Source: a virus. From it: 64,000 bases of DNA. Numbering within the stretch: the first letter of the stretch is position 1; every line of letters starts with the position of its first letter. The stretch lies in IMG/VR virus record IMGVR_UViG_3300031992_000044; one strand, 5' to 3'. The notes under the pieces are model-generated. The model had not been told where the DNA came from, made no database searches, and saw only the letters and a program-made list of their open reading frames with translations. Positions 55,763 through 62,857 of the stretch are shown here, in pieces. The position numbers and the translations under genes were made by a program.

Positions 55763-55833
55763 TAGCGAGTGTGGGACTCGAACCCACCAGTTTACAGATT
55801 TACTGAAACTTACCGACTGCGAACAGACTCGCT
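55763..55833 (-). ncRNA. tRNA-like element with extended anticodon-arm hairpin
   Basis: Minus strand: AGCGAGT ... AGTTT-CAG-TAAAT-CTG-T-AAACT G GTGGG TTCGAGT CCCAC ACTCGCT A. The 7-bp acceptor and T arm are perfect. There is no proper D stem, and the anticodon arm is an 8-bp stem with a 5-nt loop. Confidence 0.45.
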
Positions 55834-55861
55834 CCACCCACTTAGGTAGGGTTCACCGACT

Positions 55862-55973
55862 TCACGCTGCCTCCTTGAGACCCGTGTAGTCAACGATATT
55901 ATAATCGCCGTTTAAATTTATATCAAAGCGTTTAATGTCTTACTTTCCACTGCTGTCAAATCCAGTCAGGCCC
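55862..55973 (-). ncRNA. ssrA-like: tmRNA-like coding piece (5' acceptor strand, D-loop analogue, P2a, candidate tag frame)
   Basis: Minus strand from 55973: GGGCCUG A CUGGAUUUGAC AGCAG ... Then the frame GGC GAU UAU AAU AUC GUU GAC UAC ACG GGU CUC AAG GAG GCA GCG UGA (55909 to 55862) gives GDYNIVDYTGLKEAA. Confidence 0.5.
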
Positions 55974-56061
55974 ATAATGCCCACATACGGCCTACGAGTG
56001 GGCTGCGCAGATAGTCACCCCTTATTCGCTCTATGTGACAGATAAAACTTGGGACTTGCCG

Positions 56062-56096
56062 TGGACCTGGAGGGATTCGAACCCTCGTCCAACAGC
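56062..56096 (-). ncRNA. ssrA-like: tmRNA-like acceptor piece (P2b, T arm, 3' acceptor strand, discriminator A)
   Basis: Minus strand: GCUGU UGGAC GAGGG UUCGAAU CCCUC CAGGUCC A. The 3' strand pairs with GGGCCUG at 55973-55967, giving G3:U70. Confidence 0.55.
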
Positions 56097-56289
56097 TCAT
56101 TCTGGGACACGCTAAGATTCTTGTGTAGAACGTTCTGATGATCGGTCAAAACATTCAATTTAAGGCTATTTTCAGGCTCTCTGAGACGTTTTCTAGGCTT
56201 TTGTGGGTAGCTATTCCACTCAAGCTTTAAAATGGCTTAGAAAGGCTTATTTTAGCCTTAAATAAAGGTTGAATACGTTGGTCTACCAC

Positions 56290-56587
56290 TGGCTCGAAGG
56301 CTCACAATAGGGCGTATTCGCATTCTTGAAACTGTTTTACAGCAAAAGCTGACTCTATGGTTCAGTAAAACTCATAGTTCTTGATCTAATGCCCACATAT
56401 TATTACACCGTGTGGACGGTGGTATCACCCCGTGGCACTGGCTCAAAGGCTCGGACCTAGATTGCGAGTGTCGCTCCCTGTCGGACTGAATATAGTTAAT
56501 ATAAAGGCGAACTTCAGAAACTATATTATTACCGATCTTCTATAACGTATTCTGCTTTCTTTTTATAGAGTATTGGCTCAAAGGCTC
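56290..56587. repeat. three copies of TGGCTC(A/G)AAGGCTC
   Basis: Copies at 56290-56303 (G variant), 56439-56452 and 56574-56587. Copies 1 and 3 are enclosed by different stems (GAATACG/CGTATTC and AGAGT/ACTCT). Confidence 0.75.
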
Positions 56588-56618
56588 GGACTCTACGGAT
56601 GATGGGTGCTCTCAGAGA

Positions 56619-57128
56619 TTACCAATCGTTGAGGTACCAACGATACTCAGCCTCGTAAGAGTTACGGAGTTCTTCCACACCCTTGCGATACTCTTCGTCG
56701 ATTTCGCTCTCCTTCTTGCGCATCTCCTCGTTGAGCTTCTTGAGTTCACGCTTGTGTTCAACAGCCGTGAGGCGCTCCTTCTCGTCGATCTTGGTCTTAG
56801 TGGGCACCAGCTCACCGTCCTTGATCTCACACTTCACACCCAGGTAGCGCTCCAGGAGTGCATGGGTCTGCTCTAGACCATACTTCTCCAGCTTGTCCTC
56901 TGCCTTGCGCTTGCGCTTCATCAGGACCTTCTTGCGATTGTCGTAGGTGGCAACACAGATCTGAATCTTGGCCTCCTGCTTCTTCTTGTCGTCCTTACCC
57001 TTTTCGATGTCCTCCATAGCGGCGACAACAGCTTTGTCGGTCATCATGTTCGCGTTGCGCAGGCCGTCCTGCACTTCTTCCTGCTCAGCAGCAGCTGCAG
57101 CAGCTTTTGTGTCTTTTTTCTCTGCCAT
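56619..57128 (-). CDS. hypothetical coiled-coil, charged protein (GC3-rich)
   Basis: 169-aa ORF. The start lies in the TTATCAAAAATG context. Confidence 0.6.
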   Translation of the reverse strand: MAEKKDTKAAAAAAEQEEVQDGLRNANMMTDKAVVAAMEDIEKGKDDKKKQEAKIQICVATYDNRKKVLMKRKRKAEDKLEKYGLEQTHALLERYLGVKCEIKDGELVPTKTKIDEKERLTAVEHKRELKKLNEEMRKKESEIDEEYRKGVEELRNSYEAEYRWYLNDW

Positions 57129-57270
57129 TTTTGATAAATGTTTAATTGTTAATAACTATTATGCGTACTCACGCCTGTAATCGGCGTTTGTATACTTTTT
57201 TCTTACATAAGGAACAGCATTTTTATGTTGCTCCTTGGCGTAGCGAGGTTTTTCACGCCTTTTGTTACCA

Positions 57271-57777
57271 CTATGATACGAACACATGGTTGTAATACAT
57301 ATAGGTATTGTGAATAACCTCAAGAATGCTCTTTTTCATGCCGTATTCGTTAAGAATTGGGGCATATCTAGATGATATAGTTTTTGTAGCAAGTATTTCT
57401 ACTGCTGCAATAAGAGCTTCATCTGTGGGCTTTCCTGTTGCACGTTTATATTTCTCATCTGACAAGTCAGAAGACAAATGTATAGAAAACGTGCCAGTAT
57501 TACCTAAGCATTCCTTATATTTTGTTCCTATAAAAACAATCGCGTTATAAATAGGATCGAGGTCTCTGTTGTTAAGGATGCTAGAATCCTCAACATGTAT
57601 TGTGTTACCAATACACTTAGCAAGACCATCTGCATCGAACTGCTTTGCGGTTACCAATTCAGGCACCGTAGCCTTACACTGTGCCATCATTGCTACTATT
57701 TCAGCAACAATTTCCTCTGGCACTTCTTTCCCTTGCCATACTATAACAAGGGCCCTGGGTTCGTTACTCTTTGACAT
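57271..57777 (-). CDS. hypothetical protein
   Basis: 168-aa ORF ending TAG-TGG-TAA. Confidence 0.6.
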   Translation of the reverse strand: MSKSNEPRALVIVWQGKEVPEEIVAEIVAMMAQCKATVPELVTAKQFDADGLAKCIGNTIHVEDSSILNNRDLDPIYNAIVFIGTKYKECLGNTGTFSIHLSSDLSDEKYKRATGKPTDEALIAAVEILATKTISSRYAPILNEYGMKKSILEVIHNTYMYYNHVFVS

Positions 57778-58297
57778 ACGACTTCTCTGTCTTTACTTGT
57801 ACTTTAACCGCATTACCGTCGACCGTATCGGTGTAGTAATTATACGAAGTCTCAAATACACCGTCTTTTTTGGTAACGTCCGACCCTCCACTATCGGTTG
57901 CAGCTTTATTATCCTTCGAATCAGCAGGTGTAATCTCTTTTGACATGTTATCATACACAGATATATTCTTTAGGTATTCATTAACAATCTGCTTTTTGTC
58001 AGTTGCACCTGATTTGTTGATACACACATCTGCTACTCGTTTTAACGTGGATACGGGTAAACTTGAGAACGTACTATCGATAGACTTTCCGTCTTCGATA
58101 ATTTCCTGATAGTGAGCAACGTCACCAACATTCTCAAATGTTGGATTCATTAACTCATAGTAGATCACACGAGCAGACTCTTTAGAGATTTCCTCAATCT
58201 CAGTCTGCGTCCAGACTTTAGGCGTTCCGTCGCTGCACGATGAAACACCAAGTGCAAGCATAAACATGCTGCACAGAAAGAAAATAAATTTCCTCAT
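57764..58297 (-). CDS. lipoprotein
   Basis: The start is set at ATG 58297 in the TTATCAAAAATG context. MRKFIFFLCSMFMLALGVSSC is a signal peptide with a lipobox Cys. Confidence 0.65.
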   Translation of the reverse strand: MRKFIFFLCSMFMLALGVSSCSDGTPKVWTQTEIEEISKESARVIYYELMNPTFENVGDVAHYQEIIEDGKSIDSTFSSLPVSTLKRVADVCINKSGATDKKQIVNEYLKNISVYDNMSKEITPADSKDNKAATDSGGSDVTKKDGVFETSYNYYTDTVDGNAVKVQVKTEKSYVKE

Positions 58298-58343
58298 TTT
58301 TGATAAACGATTTAATTTTAAAACTTTGTTTCGAAACCCAGTT

Positions 58344-58577
58344 TTAAAGGGAACTTGGAATAACCTTTCTTGGGATGCACATTGGTGGCATATTTTTATA
58401 GCATTTGCGTAAATCAAACGTTGTCTTTTTAGTTGGATAATCAAATCGTGCAATACACGGTGGTTTTCCATTTACTTGTTGACAAAACATACATGCAGTA
58501 TAGCCTGAACTATAACGACATTTATGTATTCTATAAACACTGCCATTTAATGTGACCAATTGACCATTTTTCCACAT
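58344..58577 (-). CDS. small Cys-rich protein (paralog of 59510-59698)
   Basis: GQLVTLNGSVYRIHKC...C..C aligns with GQLCTINNAVYRAKRRINKCYGC. Confidence 0.45.
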   Translation of the reverse strand: MWKNGQLVTLNGSVYRIHKCRYSSGYTACMFCQQVNGKPPCIARFDYPTKKTTFDLRKCYKNMPPMCIPRKVIPSSL

Positions 58578-58601
58578 AATTGTAAATATTGGTGAGTTTT
58601 G

Positions 58602-58672
58602 TAGTCTCTAGGAGAGTCGAACTCCTCTTCTAACAATGAAAATGTTATGTCCTACCGATAGACGAAGAGACC
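58602..58672 (-). tRNA. tRNA-Glu (anticodon UUC)
   Basis: Minus strand: GGTCTCT TC GTCT ATCGGTA GGAC A TAACA TTTTCAT TGTTA GAAG AGGAG TTCGACT CTCCT AGAGACT A. Confidence 0.75.
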
Positions 58673-58960
58673 AGGTAGGTAGTTACACGGGGAGAGGTAA
58701 AAAAACACGAGCCTTGAGTCCTTTTCAGAGTACGCCCTACATAACCACTGTTATGATTGTAACTACCTAATTGGTGAGACTGTTTATAGGATCTGGCAGG
58801 GTAGGCATTTCCCCTCGATTCTATCCTATGCACGGTACAGTCTCTTAAACCTCTTTAGTAAAACGTCCTATCTAGTTGAGTTAGATATCATACCCCAACT
58901 ATGCACCACCCTCCTGCTAATATCGCCTGTAGCGAATCCCTCGGACGTATTTGTTGCTGT

Positions 58961-58993
58961 GAAAAGTATACCCTGTCTCACGACAGAGTATAC
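58961..58993 (-). terminator. intrinsic terminator
   Basis: Minus strand GTATAC-T-CTGTC GTGA GACAG-G-GTATAC followed by TTTT. Confidence 0.65.
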
Positions 58994-59110
58994 ATGTAAT
59001 GAACACTTTCATTTAAATAACTTAAATAAACATTAAAAGTACTATGAAAATAAACCTTTAACACATTATTAATTTATCAATTAAGAAATGTCACACGCTT
59101 CACAGCGTTG

Positions 59111-59185
59111 TGTGGGAGAATGGATTCCAACCACTACCTACAGATGCAGAATCTGTCGCTCTGATGGTTATTAAGCTACTCCCAC
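59111..59185 (-). tRNA. atypical tRNA-Gln (anticodon CUG)
   Basis: Minus strand: GTGGGAG TA GCTT AATAACCATCA GAGC G ACAGA TTCTGCA TCTGT AGGT AGTGG TTGGAAT CCATT CTCCCAC A. All stems pair. The D loop lacks GG, the T loop is TTGGAAT, and position 37 is C. Confidence 0.6.
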
Positions 59186-59509
59186 TATACTCAGTTTGAC
59201 CCACTGAGTCTTAGAATAACTTCGTGCTGAGTCCGATTAGAAGAGCGTCTTTTCGACTTAGTTATCTAAGTTGGACAGGTATACATATGTCCGCGTTTAA
59301 TGCAATTGCACCCTCTCATCATTCGTACAGTAGAGATTGTCTAGACGTTGTATTCAGTTTCCTCATTTAATTCTGACTAACTGATAAAATCCAGATTCTG
59401 TACTTGCGGGCTTGAGGTTTCCGCTTTAGCTGATTTCTATGCAATATTGTAATGAACTCCCGTGCTTCACAGCAGAGGAGTTCAATAATGAATAAAATTA
59501 AAAGGACAT

Positions 59510-59698
59510 TCATACTCTCACGAGTATTATATCATTTATAGCACACTCAAGTAACGGTGTTCCATTACGCGAGTCCACTACATTTGGGCACATCGTTATG
59601 CTATTTAGTGCACATCCATAGCATTTATTTATTCTACGTTTTGCTCTATAGACAGCATTGTTTATTGTGCACAGCTGTCCTGGCTTTGGCGTCTTCAT
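59510..59698 (-). CDS. small Cys-rich protein (paralog of 58344-58577)
   Basis: 62-aa ORF with an ATGA overlap to the upstream gene. Confidence 0.5.
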   Translation of the reverse strand: MKTPKPGQLCTINNAVYRAKRRINKCYGCALNSITMCPNVVDSRNGTPLLECAINDIILVRV

Positions 59699-60159
59699 AT
59701 TACGTAGATATTATTCCATCTTGCTGCCACTTTTTTTTCTTTTGGGCGTAACGAAGACAGACGATACGGATTCCAAAATATTGGCTCAGTTACTACCACC
59801 GATATTTTTGAGTGTGGATTATAAAATACAGTCACATCATATTTACCACGATGCATTGACGTGAGCTCCTCTGTTTTATCAATTGCATCTTCCCATCTTT
59901 TTGTAGATGGATGCGTAATGACTGATGGACGATTTTTTATCAACCATTCTAAGTCATCCACGGGTAGTTGCAATTTGATGCATTTTAACTTTTTCAATCG
60001 GCTGCGTAATCTTGCGAATGACCCAATAGAGTTTTTAGGTACATGATGTACATATACCTGTGTACCTTCGACATCATCTACCATCAGTAGTCCTCCTATT
60101 AGAACATTACTGTTTTCCATTTTTGTTCGTACGAAATCTCCTTCTTTTAAATATTCCAT
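59695..60159 (-). CDS. hypothetical protein
   Basis: 154-aa ORF. The start lies in the TTATCAAAAATG context. Confidence 0.6.
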   Translation of the reverse strand: MEYLKEGDFVRTKMENSNVLIGGLLMVDDVEGTQVYVHHVPKNSIGSFARLRSRLKKLKCIKLQLPVDDLEWLIKNRPSVITHPSTKRWEDAIDKTEELTSMHRGKYDVTVFYNPHSKISVVVTEPIFWNPYRLSSLRPKEKKVAARWNNIYVI

Positions 60160-60389
60160 TTTTGATAAAATTTAAACGTTTAAACTCGTGCAGACATTAT
60201 AGCCCACTAACACTTGGGTTGCAGTTCCTTAGAACCAGAATAAGGATGATGATTGCCACACCTATCCAAAATCCTGGTTCTAAGTTGTTATTTATTCTCT
60301 GGGCTTCCATAACTTTAGTATTAGTATAGTTAATCCAGAGAATACTACAGAGTACAGTATCATTTTCAAGATACCATATGTGATACCTG

Positions 60390-60623
60390 TCATTTTGTAA
60401 TCAAATATGAGCATTGTTCTTCACCTCCGAGATTTTTAATAACCTTGGAGATATCAATCTGAGCTATTTTTGCCGCATTTTCAGACGGCAATTTAGCTAG
60501 TAAGAGAGTGGCAGTGCCGCTCTTGACGAAGAGACGGCGACTGTCGTTTCCTTTAGAATCTACTCGCTTCTTTTTAGGAAGTGGTGGATTCTGTTGGTTT
60601 ATTTGTCGTACTCTTTCAGCCAT
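60390..60623 (-). CDS. hypothetical basic protein
   Basis: 77-aa ORF. Confidence 0.45.
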   Translation of the reverse strand: MAERVRQINQQNPPLPKKKRVDSKGNDSRRLFVKSGTATLLLAKLPSENAAKIAQIDISKVIKNLGGEEQCSYLITK

Positions 60624-61099
60624 GCTTCGAACATTTGTTTCAATAATGACTCACTAATACGTCTATATAGTACTTCGAATGATAGATCTGAATCCCTTCC
60701 GAGTAGAATTGCACCCGATGTACCCATACGAGTATTAGTCTCATCCCACGTTTCAATTATTTCTCTAACAAACTTCTTATCTTCTTCTAGTTGTTTGTTG
60801 CTGGAATCAGTTGAATCTACTTCGGGAAGATCGTTGACAAATGCAATTAGGTCTCTACATCTTGCTCTTGCTTCACTGATGTTTCTAACCTTACAGCATT
60901 CTGCTAGTTCTTTAACTTCTACGAAGAATCGACCATCTCTTGGTGAAATGTTAATCGCAAAAATATGATTATCTTTACACCAATTTTTTATTGTTTGTTT
61001 ATTGATAATCGCATTAAATTTGTTCTTCCACTCAAGGTTTACTTCTTTTACGCACGTTATTTCTAAGCGCTCGTTTACAGATTTGATAACTGTTTCCAT
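60599..61099 (-). CDS. hypothetical protein
   Basis: 166-aa ORF. Confidence 0.6.
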   Translation of the reverse strand: METVIKSVNERLEITCVKEVNLEWKNKFNAIINKQTIKNWCKDNHIFAINISPRDGRFFVEVKELAECCKVRNISEARARCRDLIAFVNDLPEVDSTDSSNKQLEEDKKFVREIIETWDETNTRMGTSGAILLGRDSDLSFEVLYRRISESLLKQMFEAWLKEYDK

Positions 61100-61102
61100 T
61101 GT

Positions 61103-61285
61103 TCAAATTTTTTGATTGATTTCGTCCACTTGTTCAAGGACAACTTTTTGGATGTTGTCATGACGCTTTTGCTCATTTTTAAGAGCTTTTAATTCAGAGT
61201 TTACTCTATATATGAGCACAAGTGCCCATACTAAGAAGATGAGAGTTAATGCTATATGGAAGCGCTCTAAGATTTCTAATGTCAT
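61103..61285 (-). CDS. small single-TM protein
   Basis: 60 aa with the LTLIFLVWALVLIY helix. The start lies in the TTATCAAAATG context. Confidence 0.5.
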   Translation of the reverse strand: MTLEILERFHIALTLIFLVWALVLIYRVNSELKALKNEQKRHDNIQKVVLEQVDEINQKI

Positions 61286-61409
61286 TTTGATAATGTTTTT
61301 TGATGTTATTCACTTGTAGAAGACCTGTCGCTTCTACTCGACCCACGAAACGCTTCGTAGTAAAATATGCAGATTAATACTACAATGATAAAACCTACAA
61401 ATAATCCAC

Positions 61410-61676
61410 TCATATTTCAGAACGTTTAGCAAGATCTGTCATTATTTGTTGCGGTACAGAGTACTCCGAATGTCCACGTAATACACCATAATGTACTTTG
61501 TCGAGATGTTCAGCAATATTACACATTGCTTTTACTAACGCATCACCGTTCTTGTTGCATACTGCGAGAACGATATTTCCATCACTTGCTTTGAATGTGA
61601 CGTGTGGCACATCACCTAAAGCATTTTCAACTTGTTTGATGATTTTCTCATCTTTTGTTACTAGCTTTTTACTCAT
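61410..61676 (-). CDS. hypothetical protein
   Basis: The start is set at ATG 61676 (MSKKLV, context TTAACAAAATG). A terminator hairpin at 61711-61739 lies inside the longer track ORF. Confidence 0.5.
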   Translation of the reverse strand: MSKKLVTKDEKIIKQVENALGDVPHVTFKASDGNIVLAVCNKNGDALVKAMCNIAEHLDKVHYGVLRGHSEYSVPQQIMTDLAKRSEI

Positions 61677-61710
61677 TTTGTTAATATTTAAGGGTTTAAA
61701 ATTGATTTTC

Positions 61711-61739
61711 AAACAAAAGGCGCACTTAGAGTGTGCGCC
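61711..61739 (-). terminator. intrinsic terminator
   Basis: Minus strand GGCGCAC ACTCTAA GTGCGCC followed by TTTTG. Confidence 0.65.
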
Positions 61740-61915
61740 ATACTCATCTGTGAGGTTTTCGAAGTTCGTTGCCGCCATGCGCTTAATGGTTCGGTTTCAG
61801 CGCAATCCATACCAGAAGGGCTGTCATCCCTTGTATACTGGCCCTACTAACCATAGTTTTGACGTACTATTTTTATCACAGGGGAGTATTGTACTTCTAA
61901 TCCCGACATTTACAT

Positions 61916-61940
61916 GTTTCGTCTTAATTTTCAAAGACTC
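61916..61940 (-). promoter_or_regulatory. 25-nt conserved element, copy 1 (candidate promoter of a short non-coding unit)
   Basis: GTTTCGTCTTAATTTTCAAAGACTC is identical to 62571-62595. Flanking similarity extends to about 40 nt. Confidence 0.4.
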
Positions 61941-62046
61941 TTCAGGGGATTTAATAAAACTCCTCATATCTTCACAGACCTGAGGAGGAATAACTAGATA
62001 ACTAAAAAAACCTAAAACTTATATGGATAATTGTTATAATGGTTCT

Positions 62047-62094
62047 TATAAAAGGGCGGAGAGGGCCCCTTGTCCATGCTTCGGATCTCCGCCC
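62047..62094 (-). terminator. strong intrinsic terminator
   Basis: Minus strand 9-bp GC-rich stem GGGCGGAGA/TCTCCGCCC followed by TTTTAT. Confidence 0.65.
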
Positions 62095-62570
62095 TGCACT
62101 CTACGTTCCTAGCATCTATAGCTGCATCACGATTCTTTACACAGATTAACCAACTGAGCATTCTGCTTTTCTTTCTGTGCGAGTGACCATACATAGATGG
62201 ATTTTTGTTTGTGAGGACTAGTATCATCACCTCACAGTACCCTCTCTTTACGTCAAGCAGGGCTTTGTTTTTGTAAGGACTTGGAACGGTAGTCACCTCA
62301 CTGTACACCTATTGCCTAGTGTCTTTCGACCAATGTGCTTTGTGGAGTCTTAGGTCCGATTACTCCCAGAACGTCTTTTTGAGCGTTTCAGTTTATCTTA
62401 CGCACAACTTGACTACTTTTGTTTTTCAACCTTTTTTCAAACAAAGCGCGAATCAATCCACAAGGTTTTCTCAGTGTTCGTTTAATGTCATGCTGCTGAG
62501 CTACCCACATGACTAACAATACAGCTTACGATTTCCTTGGTCACGTAATACTGCATCAAAAGACATTTCC

Positions 62571-62595
62571 GTTTCGTCTTAATTTTCAAAGACTC
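62571..62595 (-). promoter_or_regulatory. 25-nt conserved element, copy 2
   Basis: Identical to 61916-61940. Confidence 0.4.
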
Positions 62596-62857
62596 ATCGG
62601 GCGCTTTGGTGAGCGCAACGGAAGAGCAGTTTTAACACTTGCTTAGGTGCTGAATAACTCATAGACGAGCTATTCTTTGATACGGTGCAAGCATTGCTGC
62701 TTGCATCGGAGTTACTGCGAGCTTGATGCTCCCACACTTGGCGTATATGGATTTCTCTCTACGCCCTGTTGTGCCAGCTTTGCGGTCATGAGATATCATG
62801 ATGTGGCTACCGTCTGAGCTGGCTACTGCTGATGGATTGAATCTACGTCTATGCATA

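Noticed and set aside
56062-56096. The tmRNA 3'-end-like segment as an attP remnant copied from host ssrA
   Set aside because: This is not fully excluded. It is disfavoured because a matching 5' half with a G3:U70-compatible complement and a P2 partner lies 88 nt away, and no integrase is present in the window.
62012-62308. Minus-strand 98-aa ORF in the 61.8-62.9 kb non-coding block
   Set aside because: It contains the strong terminator hairpin at 62054-62094, has no conserved start context, and is probably a chance ORF in GC-richer RNA-like sequence.
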